Assembly: GCA_965372355.1 (NCBI GenBank) | Contig: CBDVBZ010000004.1 | Span: 5,119 to 69,118, forward strand | DNA: 64,000 nucleotides | Direction: 5' to 3' | From: an uncultured bacterium | GTDB taxonomy: Bacteria > Krumholzibacteriota > Krumholzibacteriia > WVZY01 | Shown here: positions 18,268-28,804 of the stretch, one piece after another | How the letters are laid out: each line of letters begins with the position of its first letter | How positions within the stretch are numbered: position 1 is the stretch's first letter | Notes under the pieces: model-generated | The model's input: the letters and a program-made list of their open reading frames with translations, nothing else | The model's database searches: none | What the model was told of the DNA's origin: nothing | Translations under genes and position numbers: made by a program

Positions 18268-19509
18268 CTATACAAAACTTGCAATTGCCTTGCGTAGGTG
18301 GTCAACCGACGTTCTCCACCATCTGGCCGACGATGTCCTTTCCGACCTTCCCGCGCTCCAGGCATCGTCGTAGAGGAGTAAACCAACTCCCGTCGCATAT
18401 TTCGGATGGTTGACGACTTCGGTAAGCCCATCAACCGCTATAGGGGTCCCTATTCTGACCGGTAAATCGAATACCTGTTCGGCGAGTTCCTGGGCTCCGG
18501 CGAGCATCGATGATCCACCAGTGAGAACGACACCGGCCCCCAGTGATTTCTTGTACTCACTCTTCGTGATCTGATCATTGATCAGCGAGAACAGCTCGTT
18601 GACCCTCGGTTCGATGATTCCGGCCAGGAAGTGCTTACCCACCTTCTTATCTTCGCGAAACCCGATACCGGGAACGTCTATCTGTTCGTCGAGCGACGCC
18701 ATACTCGATAGTGCACAACCATGTTCGATCTTTATGGATTCTGCCGCCCGCATGGCGGTTCGCAAGCCATAAGCGATATCGCTCGTCACATTGCTCCCCC
18801 CAATACCGATCACACCGCTGGCCACCACACCGTCTTCCCGGTAGATCATGACATCCGTCGTGCCGCCCCCGATATCGATCAGCATGACGCCGATCTCCCG
18901 TTCATCGTCGGTGACGACCGAGAAGCTGGACGCGAGTGGCTCGAGGACGAGTTCGCCGATATCGATGTGGCAGTTATCGAGTGTCCGGGCAATGTTGTCC
19001 AGCGCTGCCCGGGACGCCGTCACCACATGCGCCCTCGCCTCCAGACGGGTCCCTCGCATACCCGAGGGCTCTCGAATACCGTCCTGATTGTCGATGATGT
19101 ACTGCTGCGGCAACGTGTGAAGAATCTCACGGTCCGCCGGCAGGGAGAAATCGGCCGCCGCTCTGAGTGAGCGTGCCACGTCGTCGCGGTCGATCTCGGG
19201 GTCCGGACCCGGTATTCCCACGACACCACGACTGTTCATGCTGAGTATGTGCTCGCCTGCGACACCGACGTTGTACTGCCGCACGGATGTTCCCGCCATC
19301 TTCTCCGCCTCGGCGACCGCGCAGGCAACCGATCCGCTCGCCTTCTCGATATCGACGACGACCCCCTGCTTGAGACCTTCCGCCGGTGTCGTGCCGATAC
19401 CAATGATGCGGACGGCGCCATCCTGCCGCATCCCGAGCATCGCGGACACTTTGGTCGTACCCATATCAAGGCTACCCACGAGTTGTCCGTCTATTCTCAC
19501 GTCATGCAC
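18268..19509 (-). CDS. ftsA: cell division protein FtsA
   Basis: Actin-like ATPase: DMGTTKVSAMLG..., DIGGGTTDVMIY..., C-terminal amphipathic tail. Lies immediately upstream of ftsZ. Confidence 0.95.
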   Translation of the reverse strand: MHDVRIDGQLVGSLDMGTTKVSAMLGMRQDGAVRIIGIGTTPAEGLKQGVVVDIEKASGSVACAVAEAEKMAGTSVRQYNVGVAGEHILSMNSRGVVGIPGPDPEIDRDDVARSLRAAADFSLPADREILHTLPQQYIIDNQDGIREPSGMRGTRLEARAHVVTASRAALDNIARTLDNCHIDIGELVLEPLASSFSVVTDDEREIGVMLIDIGGGTTDVMIYREDGVVASGVIGIGGSNVTSDIAYGLRTAMRAAESIKIEHGCALSSMASLDEQIDVPGIGFREDKKVGKHFLAGIIEPRVNELFSLINDQITKSEYKKSLGAGVVLTGGSSMLAGAQELAEQVFDLPVRIGTPIAVDGLTEVVNHPKYATGVGLLLYDDAWSAGRSERTSSARWWRTSVDHLRKAIASFV

Positions 19510-19521
19510 CTGCCTCTCGGA

Positions 19522-20292
19522 CTAGATCCCGTTCCTAAGTACGATCTGATCGTCGAAACGGAGATCGATCAGCTTAGCCGAGTCATCATTTCTGGCGATG
19601 GTGTTTTCCAGCAGGAAATACCTTCTTAATCGATTCTCGAATTCTGAACTTCCAAGCAGCAATACCACACCCTCTCTCAAAGAGACAATGCTTATTCCGC
19701 TCGTCCCGATCCTCAATTCCGAGATGCTGTCGGCGAATCCCCCACCGTACTTCTTGCAGATCAGCAGTGTCTCGAGAGCCCATGTCAAACGCTCGTCGTC
19801 GCAGAACTGCCCCTCGCTTACCGCCGCACCGCCCAGCCCCGTGACGATCGGGAGATCCAGGAGATCGGTCAGGTCGTCTGAGCCCATCACCATGCCCTCC
19901 TGATCGACTTCCAGGAACTTGCCCGCATAGATCAGGGCCACCGGCTCGCGCTCCGAAAACGTGCAAATCACCCGATTCGGCAAGACACGTTTGAACCGGG
20001 CGCTCCGGATCCTTGGATGTTGGGCAAATCTTGCCGCAAAATTCTCCAATGGTACAAGAAGAATGTTCTCTCCCCGCATGCCCTGGAGAGCCCTGTCTAT
20101 CTCTCCGCTATCGAGCCGGTTCAACCCGTTGTAATCCACCTGGGTGATGGCGAGCTTCTCCGTGGTGGTCAGATAACTGTGCGCGTAGAAACAGCCCACG
20201 ATCACGGTCCCAATGACGACAGATGTCGCGAGACGTGCGATCACGGCCACGAGGGCCTGCCTTTTCTGACGGCGTGTCTTATCGATTGCCAA
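19522..20292 (-). CDS. ftsQ: cell division protein FtsQ/DivIB (POTRA domain)
   Basis: Single N-terminal TM (LVAVIARLATSVVIGTVIVGCF), then POTRA-like ITQVDYNGLNRLDSGEIDRAL. Positioned between murB and ftsA. Confidence 0.85.
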   Translation of the reverse strand: MAIDKTRRQKRQALVAVIARLATSVVIGTVIVGCFYAHSYLTTTEKLAITQVDYNGLNRLDSGEIDRALQGMRGENILLVPLENFAARFAQHPRIRSARFKRVLPNRVICTFSEREPVALIYAGKFLEVDQEGMVMGSDDLTDLLDLPIVTGLGGAAVSEGQFCDDERLTWALETLLICKKYGGGFADSISELRIGTSGISIVSLREGVVLLLGSSEFENRLRRYFLLENTIARNDDSAKLIDLRFDDQIVLRNGI

Positions 20293-21208
20293 TGATGATC
20301 ACCTCCGGTTTGAGACGAACTCCGAACTTGGCCTCGACCCTGTCGCCGACGAGCCTGATCAGATTCTCCACGTCGTTTGCCCTCGTACCCTCGCCGACGT
20401 TGACCATGAAGTTCGCGTGCTTTTTCGAAACCATCGCTCCACCCCGGCGCTCGCCCTTCAAACCGCACGCTTCGATCATCTGGCCGGCGAAACCGCCGCG
20501 GGGGTTCCTGAACGTGCTCCCGAAGGTGCGCTCCGAGAGCGGTTGTGTGTGTTTTCGGCCGAGCGACTGCTGCAAACAGGCCTCGTCGATCTCGCCCGGC
20601 GGGCAGTGGAAGATGGCCGAAAGCACGATCGAATTCGGAGGCAATGTGCTCCCGCGATAGCGGAACGCCATTTCCTCGGGCTTGAGTACAATGAGCTTCC
20701 CGTTCCCGTCTATCAGCCTCGCGCTCTTCAAGACGTTGGAGAGATCCGATCCGAAGGCGCCCGCATTCATCCGGACGGCGCCGCCCACGGATCCGGGTAT
20801 ACCGACGGCAAACTCGAATCCGGGGCGGGCGTTCTTTGTCAGCACCCTACCCAACTTCGTGAACGACAGACCCGCTTCCGCGTGCGCGGTTCGTTTGAGC
20901 AGACGAAATCCCGCCAGATTGCCGGCGACCTGGATGATCAGACCCTCATATCCTCCGTCGCGTACGATCAGATTCGAACCGCGCCCGACGCCGATATACG
21001 GCAACCCCCATTTGAGAGCCGTCCGAACAACGGAGATCACCTCGGGGCCCCGGTGGGGCACCGCGAAGAACCACGCCTTGCCACCGGCGCCAAACGTCGT
21101 GTGCTTGGACATGGGTTCATCGACCCGGACACCCCGGGGGCAGGCCTTTCGCAACTCAGCCTCTATTCTTTGACTATCCACTGCTCCCATGGCAATCGCC
21201 TGCATCAT
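20279..21208 (-). CDS. murB: UDP-N-acetylenolpyruvoylglucosamine reductase MurB
   Basis: FAD-binding region HTTFGAGGKAWFFAVPHRGPEVISVV...YIGVGRGSNLIV. Start set at MMQAIAMG (21208), an ATGA overlap with the murC stop. The 105-aa upstream extension in the ORF track has no homology. Confidence 0.9.
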   Translation of the reverse strand: MMQAIAMGAVDSQRIEAELRKACPRGVRVDEPMSKHTTFGAGGKAWFFAVPHRGPEVISVVRTALKWGLPYIGVGRGSNLIVRDGGYEGLIIQVAGNLAGFRLLKRTAHAEAGLSFTKLGRVLTKNARPGFEFAVGIPGSVGGAVRMNAGAFGSDLSNVLKSARLIDGNGKLIVLKPEEMAFRYRGSTLPPNSIVLSAIFHCPPGEIDEACLQQSLGRKHTQPLSERTFGSTFRNPRGGFAGQMIEACGLKGERRGGAMVSKKHANFMVNVGEGTRANDVENLIRLVGDRVEAKFGVRLKPEVIIIGNR

Positions 21209-22584
21209 CGCTCTTTCTCGAGCCGGCGGAGAAGAAGCTCTCCCGCCCGATAAATGTCTCCAGCTCCGAGCGTCAGTACGAGATCCCCCGCCTTCAGGTG
21301 GGGTAGCGCCTGTTCTACCAGCGCCTCGATCGAGTCCGATCGGAATACCTCGATCCCCGACTTCCTTACCTTTTCTGCGATGAGATCGGACGTCACTCCG
21401 GGTATCGGGTCCTCCCCTGCTGCGTAGATATCGGTCATAAAGACAACGTCGGCACCGGCAAAACAGCTCCCGAACTGTTTGACCAGGGCTTGTGTCCGTG
21501 TGAAACGATGCGGCTGAAAACAAACGATCAGGCGCTTGTCGTAGTTCTCGCCAGCCGCGCGTATCGTTGCCGCGATCTCCGTAGGATGATGCCCGTAGTC
21601 ATCGACTACGGTGATGCCTGAAGCCTCACCCTTAAGCTCGAACCGCCGCCCCACACCCTCGAACGTCTCGATGCCTTTCTTTATCGACTCAAAGGGCAGA
21701 TCGAGTTCCAACCCGACGGTCGTGGCGGCAAGGGCATTTCGCACCATGTGCTCGCCCGGCAGATCGAGGCGAATGTCACCGAGGAGTCTGTTGCGATGGC
21801 GGACCTCGAATACCCAGCCCCGAGACCCTTTGCGAAGGATCGTGCCCTGCAAATCGGCCTCTCCACCGAGGGAATACGACACCTTTCGTCTGCGGATACG
21901 CGGCATGATGGAAACCACGTTTGGATCGTCGGCGCACAGCACCACCGACCCGTAGAACGGCACCCGCGATGCGTATTCCACAAAGCCATCCTTGATGGCC
22001 TCCAAATCAGGGTAGAAATCGAGGTGCTCGAGATCGATATTGGTGATGACGGCAATACTCGAGGGGAGCTGAACGAATCCCCCGTCGCTTTCATCCGCCT
22101 CCGCCACGATATAACGGCTGTCGCCGAGCCGTGCATTGGTGCCGATGGCTTTCAACTTGCCTCCGACGACAACGGTCGGGTCCAGACCGCCGTAGTTGAG
22201 CACCGATGACACCAGCGAGGTCGTCGTCGTTTTGCCGTGTGAGCCCGCCACGGTGATGGCGAACTTGAGACGCATGAGTTCCGCGAGCATCTCCCCTCTT
22301 GGAATCGCCGGCACGGCGTTCATGTTTGCCTCGACGACTTCTGGGTTCGTGGCCGGGACCGCACTCGAGTACACAACGACATCGGCGCCTTGAACGTTCT
22401 TTGCCTCGTGTTTGCCGAATACAACGGCACCCAGTTTTTCGAGATTCCGGGTCGTATCGGACAACTTGAGGTCGGACCCCGAGACCTCGAAGCCGAGATT
22501 CAGGAGAACCTCGGCGATGCCGCTCATGCCGATGCCGCCGATGCCAACGAAATGAATCCTTCTCGTTCTGCCCAGAAAAACCAT
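21205..22584 (-). CDS. murC: UDP-N-acetylmuramate--L-alanine ligase MurC
   Basis: HFVGIGGIGMSGIAEVL, Mur ligase ATP-binding ITVAGSHGKTTTTS, central and C-terminal Mur ligase domains. Start at MVFLGRTRRIHF. Confidence 0.95.
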   Translation of the reverse strand: MVFLGRTRRIHFVGIGGIGMSGIAEVLLNLGFEVSGSDLKLSDTTRNLEKLGAVVFGKHEAKNVQGADVVVYSSAVPATNPEVVEANMNAVPAIPRGEMLAELMRLKFAITVAGSHGKTTTTSLVSSVLNYGGLDPTVVVGGKLKAIGTNARLGDSRYIVAEADESDGGFVQLPSSIAVITNIDLEHLDFYPDLEAIKDGFVEYASRVPFYGSVVLCADDPNVVSIMPRIRRRKVSYSLGGEADLQGTILRKGSRGWVFEVRHRNRLLGDIRLDLPGEHMVRNALAATTVGLELDLPFESIKKGIETFEGVGRRFELKGEASGITVVDDYGHHPTEIAATIRAAGENYDKRLIVCFQPHRFTRTQALVKQFGSCFAGADVVFMTDIYAAGEDPIPGVTSDLIAEKVRKSGIEVFRSDSIEALVEQALPHLKAGDLVLTLGAGDIYRAGELLLRRLEKER

Positions 22585-22600
22585 CACTCGGGTTCTCCCA

Positions 22601-23755
22601 TCATTGTGCTGTGCTCCCCGCGGCAAGGCTGGGGTGTTCCCGCCGTTGCGCAAGCTCGGGCTTCCCGAGCCCCGCCACTTCTCGGATTCTGGTGGCCGCT
22701 TCGATATCCGCGTCGCCGGGCGCCCAGGCTCGTAGCTTGCGCGCCATCTCCTCGCGCCGGCTCCCGTCGTCGAGGAGAGCGAAGATCATCGTCTCGAGTG
22801 TCTTTGCACCGAGCCTCCGATCCTCCACGACGACAGCCGCATCCACGTCCGTGAGCTCGGCCACGTTGCACGCCTGGTGGTCATCCGCCGCGTACGGGTA
22901 CGGGACGAAAATCGAGGGCACGCCGAAGGCCGCCAGCTCGAAAACGGCCGACGCGCCCGCCCGCGACACGGCAAGATCCGCGACTTCGTAGGCGTTGTCT
23001 ATCTGTTCGAGGAATGGCAGGACACGGACGTGGGTGGCGAGCGGTTCGAGATCGGCGCGAACGGCCTCGTAGTCGTTCCTGCCGGTCAGAAATACGAACT
23101 GGACCTTGCGTTTTGAGAGGATGCTCTTCACTGCCACGCGCGCTGCCTCGTTGATCGCATGGGCTCCACGGCTGCCTCCAAATATCAGCACGGTCGGAAG
23201 CGTCGCATCGAGATCGAAAAAGGCAAACGCCTCATCCCGGTCTCTGCGCGGCTTCACTCTGAGGGGGTTGCCGATGACATCACAGCGAACACCCTTTGGG
23301 AGGAAACCACGGGAGTCCTTGTACGAGAGAAGCACGAGATGCGCGAATCGCGACAACATGCGATTGGCCAGACCCGGGATACTGTTCTGCTCCTGTAGGA
23401 CGCGTTTCTTTCCGCACACAACGGACGCGGCCACAACGGCGACGCTGGCGAACCCACCGGTCCCGACAACCACATCGGGGTTGAATGAGACGATCTCTTT
23501 TACCGCGCGCAACATGCTCGACAAAAACACAAACGGACTCGCCAGTTTGGAAGCCAACCCCGAGCCCCGCACCCCCCGGCCGGCGAGCAAAACGTGGGGG
23601 AGACCGAGATCTTGGAAGATATTGCTCTCGACACCCGACTTCGCGCCGACGAAAAGCACATCGACACCATCCCCGAAACGCTTGAGAGCGTTGTAGATGG
23701 CGATACCCGGATACACATGTCCGCCGGTTCCGCCACCGGCGATCATCACACGCAT
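22601..23755 (-). CDS. murG: UDP-GlcNAc:undecaprenyl-PP-MurNAc-pentapeptide GlcNAc transferase MurG
   Basis: MRVMIAGGGTGGHVYPGIAI signature of the MurG N-terminus. GT28 C-terminal domain. Confidence 0.95.
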   Translation of the reverse strand: MRVMIAGGGTGGHVYPGIAIYNALKRFGDGVDVLFVGAKSGVESNIFQDLGLPHVLLAGRGVRGSGLASKLASPFVFLSSMLRAVKEIVSFNPDVVVGTGGFASVAVVAASVVCGKKRVLQEQNSIPGLANRMLSRFAHLVLLSYKDSRGFLPKGVRCDVIGNPLRVKPRRDRDEAFAFFDLDATLPTVLIFGGSRGAHAINEAARVAVKSILSKRKVQFVFLTGRNDYEAVRADLEPLATHVRVLPFLEQIDNAYEVADLAVSRAGASAVFELAAFGVPSIFVPYPYAADDHQACNVAELTDVDAAVVVEDRRLGAKTLETMIFALLDDGSRREEMARKLRAWAPGDADIEAATRIREVAGLGKPELAQRREHPSLAAGSTAQ

Positions 23756-23781
23756 GTCTTCTCCCTCGGCTTCATCATGTG

Positions 23782-24924
23782 CTAGGCCATCCGTCGTCTG
23801 TCCCGGGTCGCACGTTGCGCTCGGGGTCTCTTGGATACATTGAGCAGTATGCCGATCGAAAATGCGTTCACTACGAGGGCCGATCCGCCATAACTCAAGA
23901 ATGGAAGCGGCAGACCTGTCACCGGAAAGAGACCGGTTGCAACAAACATATTGAGGATCGCATACACAAAGACCGTGCTTCCGATGCCGACGGCGAGCAT
24001 CTCTCCAAAACGGTCATTGCTCTGGCGGGATATCCTCAGCGTCCGCAACGCCAGCAGCAAGAACAGGAGGCTCACGAACATCGTCCCCATCAATCCCGCC
24101 TCTTCACCCAGGATGGAAAAGATAAAATCCGTATGCGAATCGGGGAGCCAGTTGAGTTTCTGCCGGCTCGCGCCGAAGCCCAACCCGAACGGTCCGCCCG
24201 TCCCCAGCCCGATCAGCGACTGGTGAAGCTGCCAGTTCAATTCTCCGATTCCCTCGCTGGGGTTGAAATACGCGTGGAGCCGATCACCGGCATACCCCAC
24301 CGTACGGATTCCGATCGCCGCGAGCCCGATAACGGTGGACGCCAGCAAGGCCAGATGGGAAAGCCGCGCGCCACCGAGGAACAACATCAGAAACGCGATC
24401 ACCGCCGTCGCCGATGCGGACCCGAAGCTCGGCTGTGCAGCCATCAACCCCAACACCAAAACGACCAGAACGCCGGCCGGCAAAAATCCGGACTTGAACT
24501 GACTCAGGTCTTTTCCCTTGCGGGCTATCCAGAAGGCGAGAAACAAAACCAGCGCGAATCTGGCAATTTCCGATGGCTGAAACGTCATCTGCAAAAAATC
24601 CAGTTGGTACGATCGAACCGGTCCGCGTATCGCGACACCAAAGATGAAGAGCCCGATCAGCATCGCAATACCTGCGCCCAGCGCCACCGGCGACAAACGT
24701 CGGAAAACGCGGTAATCGATGTGAAGCGCCAGAACGAGAAACAAACCGGCGATCGCCATTCTTACGAGATGTCGCTTGAGCAGGAAGTACGTATCCCCGA
24801 ACTTGCCCGCCGAGAAATACGAACTGGAGGAAGCAACGAGGCTGCAGCTAATAGCCATCAGGATGACGACGATCAGCAAGATCCTTCTGTCACACTCGAG
24901 TTTTGGAGCTTTGATCTTTCTCAT
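23782..24924 (-). CDS. ftsW: SEDS-family peptidoglycan glycosyltransferase FtsW
   Basis: Polytopic. Blocks ...MTFQPSEIARFALVLFLA... and C-terminal ...PFLSYGGSALVVNAFSIGILLNVS typical of FtsW/RodA. Lies in the dcw position between murD and murG. Start at MRKIKAPKL. Confidence 0.9.
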   Translation of the reverse strand: MRKIKAPKLECDRRILLIVVILMAISCSLVASSSSYFSAGKFGDTYFLLKRHLVRMAIAGLFLVLALHIDYRVFRRLSPVALGAGIAMLIGLFIFGVAIRGPVRSYQLDFLQMTFQPSEIARFALVLFLAFWIARKGKDLSQFKSGFLPAGVLVVLVLGLMAAQPSFGSASATAVIAFLMLFLGGARLSHLALLASTVIGLAAIGIRTVGYAGDRLHAYFNPSEGIGELNWQLHQSLIGLGTGGPFGLGFGASRQKLNWLPDSHTDFIFSILGEEAGLMGTMFVSLLFLLLALRTLRISRQSNDRFGEMLAVGIGSTVFVYAILNMFVATGLFPVTGLPLPFLSYGGSALVVNAFSIGILLNVSKRPRAQRATRDRRRMA

Positions 24925-24934
24925 AACAACTCTC

Positions 24935-26296
24935 TCACAACAGACTCGCCGCAGCCTTGAACGCCTCGCCTCTTTCGGTGTAACCACTGAACATATCGAA
25001 GCTGGAGCAGGCGGGGGCGAGAAGCACTGTGTCACCCGATTTGGCGGTTTCGCTTGCCACCCTGACCGCTTCCTCCATAGTCGCCGCACGGAAGATGTCA
25101 CAATGACCGCGAAGGGCAGCCTCGATCTTGTCACCGGCCTCGCCGATCAGGACGACCCGCCGGACCTTACCGAGATGTTTCACGAGTGGGGCGTAGTCAC
25201 CGCCCTTGTCGACTCCGCCCAGGATCAGGACGAGGTGTCCGTCGATGCTACGTACGCTTTTGATCGCCGCGTCGACGTTTGTCGCCTTGGAATCATCGAT
25301 ATAGGCAACGCCGCCCGCGACCCTCGCAAGCTCCATCCGATGCGGCAGAGCCCGGTACGCTCTCAGCGCCCTCGCAACAACACGCGCATCGATGTCGAAT
25401 GGCATAGCGGCCGCCACAGCGGCCATGGCGTTCTCGAGATTGTGGATCCCGACGGGTGAGAAATCCGATATCGGCATCACCACCTCGACGTCCCCCCGCC
25501 AACGTCTGACGATAGTGCCCTCGTGCACATAGACGCCGTTGTCGCCTGCGGGCGTCCTGCCAAACGGGATCTTCTTGCCCGTGTAGCCATCCGCGATTCG
25601 TTTGCAGACAACGTCATCCTCGTTGTAGACGAACCACGTGTCTTCGTCCGCCGCGTTTAGTATCCTCGATTTGGATTCCGCGTACTTGTCGAACGAGTTG
25701 TCATATCTGTCCAGATGATCGGCGGTGACATTGAGCAGCACGGCGACCCGCGTCTTGAAATCTTCGATCGTGTCCAGCTGAAAACTGCTGATCTCGAGTA
25801 CCGCGACATCAATTTCTCTTTTTTGCGTAATGATCGATGAAAGGGGCGTCCCTATGTTGCCACCAACGGCATACCGTCGCTCCGCGGCTTGAAAGATATC
25901 GCCCAGGAGACTCACAACGGTGGATTTGCCATTCGTGCCCGTCACACCGATGATCTCGGCCGCGCAGAAGTGATAGGCCAGCTCCAGTTCACCAATGACC
26001 TCAATGCCATCGGCTCTTGCCTTTCGCACGACGGGGTGTTCGAGAGAGACACCTGGGCTTACAACAACACAATCGCTATCGATCACGCTCCCCAACACAC
26101 TCTCTCCCGTGGCGATTTCTACCGAACGCTCCAGCCCCTCGAACTCCGGCGAGGCGAGGACCGATTCCAGAACCGATGCATCGTCATCAAAGATGGCGAC
26201 GTTAAACCCCCTGTTGGCGAGGAGGCGCGTGACGGCCACGCCACTCTTCCCCAACCCAATGACAAAGAACTTCTTTTTGCTGGAAATATCCACCAA
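24935..26296 (-). CDS. murD: UDP-N-acetylmuramoylalanine--D-glutamate ligase MurD
   Basis: N-terminal FFVIGLGKSGVAVTRLL. ATP-binding IIGVTGTNGKSTVVSLL. C-terminal Mur ligase domain. Confidence 0.95.
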   Translation of the reverse strand: MVDISSKKKFFVIGLGKSGVAVTRLLANRGFNVAIFDDDASVLESVLASPEFEGLERSVEIATGESVLGSVIDSDCVVVSPGVSLEHPVVRKARADGIEVIGELELAYHFCAAEIIGVTGTNGKSTVVSLLGDIFQAAERRYAVGGNIGTPLSSIITQKREIDVAVLEISSFQLDTIEDFKTRVAVLLNVTADHLDRYDNSFDKYAESKSRILNAADEDTWFVYNEDDVVCKRIADGYTGKKIPFGRTPAGDNGVYVHEGTIVRRWRGDVEVVMPISDFSPVGIHNLENAMAAVAAAMPFDIDARVVARALRAYRALPHRMELARVAGGVAYIDDSKATNVDAAIKSVRSIDGHLVLILGGVDKGGDYAPLVKHLGKVRRVVLIGEAGDKIEAALRGHCDIFRAATMEEAVRVASETAKSGDTVLLAPACSSFDMFSGYTERGEAFKAAASLL

Positions 26297-26306
26297 CAGA
26301 CCCCAA

Positions 26307-27392
26307 TCACTGAAGTTTCAGTGTACTGAGACTCAGCAACGTGAGCAGCATTGCCACGATCCAGAACCGGACCACTATCTTGGACTCCGACCACCCGCAG
26401 AGCTCGAAGTGGTGATGAATCGGCGCCATCCGGAAGACCCGCTTCTTGCGGATCTTGAATGAGACAACCTGAATGATGACGCTCAGCGCCTCGGCAACGA
26501 ACACTCCGCCGATCACGAGCAGCAGTAGCTCCCTCTTGATGAGAACGGCCACGACACCCAACGCACCACCCAGAGCGAGCGACCCGGTGTCGCCCATAAA
26601 CACCTGCGCGGGGTGGGCGTTATACCAGAGAAAGCCCAGCGACGCCCCGACGACCGCCATGCAGTAGATCGCCAGCTCACCGCTGCCATCCAGATAGAGA
26701 ATATTGAGGTACTCCGAAAAGACCCGGTGGCCACTTAAGTAAGCCAAACCCGCAAAAGCCAGAAAGCAGAACGCACCCAAACCGATCGCGAGACCGTCGA
26801 CGCCATCGGTGAGGTTCACCGCATTGCTCGTCCCCGTGATCACGAGCATGACAAGGATGACGTAGGCCGGCCCAAAGTTGATGAACAAGCCCTTCATAAA
26901 CGGAATAGCGGTCAACGTACCGGCATCTTCAACGAGCGGGTTGAAATAGAGATAGACACCGAGAGCCAAGCCATACGTGATCTGCCCGATGAGTTTGTAA
27001 CGGCCAATCAGCCCTTTCCTCCGTTTCTTCACTACGCCGAGGTAATCATCGACAAACCCTATCAACCCCATCCAGGCCGTAGTGACGAGCGCGATCTGAA
27101 CGTAGCGGTTGGTGAGATTGCACCACAGCAGCGCCGGGATAAACACCGCGGCGAGGATGAGCAAACCACCCATCGTAGGTGTCCCCTTCTTTGTCGCGTG
27201 TGTCTCCGGTGTATCCTCGCGGACTTGCGCTCGTACGTTGCGTCTTTGGAGAAAGCGAATAAACCACGGACCGATGACAAAAGCGATCAGGAGGGCTGTG
27301 ACCGTGGCGTAGGCCGCCCTGAATGTGATATATCTGAACACATTCAGGGCCGAAAAATGCTCATGCAGCGGATACAGCAGATGATAAAGCAT
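26307..27392 (-). CDS. mraY: phospho-N-acetylmuramoyl-pentapeptide transferase MraY
   Basis: 10-TM protein with conserved NAVNLTDGVDGLAIG and HHHFELCGWSE motifs. Confidence 0.95.
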   Translation of the reverse strand: MLYHLLYPLHEHFSALNVFRYITFRAAYATVTALLIAFVIGPWFIRFLQRRNVRAQVREDTPETHATKKGTPTMGGLLILAAVFIPALLWCNLTNRYVQIALVTTAWMGLIGFVDDYLGVVKKRRKGLIGRYKLIGQITYGLALGVYLYFNPLVEDAGTLTAIPFMKGLFINFGPAYVILVMLVITGTSNAVNLTDGVDGLAIGLGAFCFLAFAGLAYLSGHRVFSEYLNILYLDGSGELAIYCMAVVGASLGFLWYNAHPAQVFMGDTGSLALGGALGVVAVLIKRELLLLVIGGVFVAEALSVIIQVVSFKIRKKRVFRMAPIHHHFELCGWSESKIVVRFWIVAMLLTLLSLSTLKLQ

Positions 27393-28804
27393 CAGTCACC
27401 ACTCTCCTTGCTGAGTGATTGCCTGAGACGCCCGACGATTGTGTCCAAAGAAACCGCTCGTGATGCCTTGACCAGAACCAGATCTCCCGGCTTCAGCTCG
27501 GCTTCCACGGTCGCGTAGAGCTCATCGAGCGAATCGAACAACTGCACAAACTTGCCGCTCTTTCCAAGACCCTCGCTGACGACCCGCCCGCTATCGCCAA
27601 CCCAATACAAACGATCGACCGCCGATTGGGCGATGAACTCGCCGAGCCGCCGGTGCTCGTCATCGCTGTAAGATCCGAGTTCCGCCATATCGCCGAGTAT
27701 TGCTATCCGGCGCCGGGCCTCGATCCTTGCCAGCGAGGAGAGTGACACGCGCATGCTCGTCGGGTTCGCGTTGTACGAATCGTCGATCAGCACGACACCG
27801 CCATCCTTGTGAACACGTGCGCGACCTCGAATCAGTTGGGCCTCGGCAAGGGCCTCGCGTGAACGCTCTGGTTCGACACCGCAAACATCACCGACGGCAA
27901 AAGCAGCCGCTGCATTGAGAAGGTTATAGAGACCAAAGCTCCTGATCGTGAGGAGCTGATCATTTATGGCGAAGTTGATCTGATCTCCATCATCCTCGAC
28001 GGCGGAAACCCGAAAGTCACACAAATCACCGTATCCAAAGGTGACAACGCGGCAGTCGGCGTTGTCATTCAGAACGTCGAAGTGATCATCGTCTCGCGGC
28101 AGTACGGCATGGCCTTCGGGCTCGATGCATCCGAGCAGCTCCGCCTTCGCCTCTGCGATCTTTCTGCGGCTGCCAAACAGACCGATGTGTGCATCACCGG
28201 TATTGGTGATCACACCCAGGTCAGGCCTTAGAATCTCTGCCAGGAACTGAATCTCACCGGAGTGGTTTGCTCCGATCTCGGCGACAAGATACTCGCTTTC
28301 GTGATCCGTCTCGAGAAGTGTAAGCGGGACCCCGATGTGATTGTTCAGATTGCCCGGGTTCGCAGACACCTTGTATTTCTTTTTCAGAATCAGCCTTATA
28401 TACTCTTTTGTCGTTGTCTTCCCCGCACTACCCGTGACGGCGATAACACGAAGATCCAGTGTGTTTCGGTACTTGCTCGACAGGACCTGGAGCGAGGCCA
28501 ACGCATCGTCGACGAGTACGAACGGTGCTTCCGATTGCCCGAGCGCGTCAGCGACATCCTCGCGTTCGACCACCGAGGCACAACTTCCCCTGGACCTCGC
28601 ATCATCGACATAGCGATGACCATCGGTGTGCTCGCCCTCGAGGGCGAAGAAGATCCGGCGAGAGCAATCGCCGCGCGAGTCGATCGTGGCACCCATCCAC
28701 ATGTCGTTGTCGTGCCCAAAGAGACTGGCCCGCTTGAGCCTGCCGGCCGCATCCAAGGACTCCTCGATCCAGGAGAGCGTTCTCGTTTTCACTCCGAACT
28801 CCAT
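27392..28804 (-). CDS. murF: UDP-MurNAc-tripeptide--D-alanyl-D-alanine ligase MurF
   Basis: VIAVTGSAGKTTTKE P-loop plus Mur ligase central and C-terminal domains. Lies between murE and mraY. Confidence 0.95.
   Translation of the reverse strand: MEFGVKTRTLSWIEESLDAAGRLKRASLFGHDNDMWMGATIDSRGDCSRRIFFALEGEHTDGHRYVDDARSRGSCASVVEREDVADALGQSEAPFVLVDDALASLQVLSSKYRNTLDLRVIAVTGSAGKTTTKEYIRLILKKKYKVSANPGNLNNHIGVPLTLLETDHESEYLVAEIGANHSGEIQFLAEILRPDLGVITNTGDAHIGLFGSRRKIAEAKAELLGCIEPEGHAVLPRDDDHFDVLNDNADCRVVTFGYGDLCDFRVSAVEDDGDQINFAINDQLLTIRSFGLYNLLNAAAAFAVGDVCGVEPERSREALAEAQLIRGRARVHKDGGVVLIDDSYNANPTSMRVSLSSLARIEARRRIAILGDMAELGSYSDDEHRRLGEFIAQSAVDRLYWVGDSGRVVSEGLGKSGKFVQLFDSLDELYATVEAELKPGDLVLVKASRAVSLDTIVGRLRQSLSKESGD

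Noticed and set aside
20279-20292. Absence of ddl between murB and ftsQ as a possible deletion or assembly problem
   Set aside because: murB and ftsQ overlap cleanly by 14 bp with intact reading frames. Many phyla keep ddl outside the dcw cluster, so this is normal variation rather than an anomaly.
20279-21523. Long N-terminal extensions in ORF-track models (murB +105 aa, mglA +52 aa, UPF0104 protein +93 aa, ftsW +70 aa, murC +23 aa, GT4 at 9667 +30 aa)
   Set aside because: The extensions overlap upstream genes and have no homology. Conserved N-termini and ATGA-type stop/start coupling indicate the shorter starts. The track evidently reports the longest ATG/GTG/TTG ORF.
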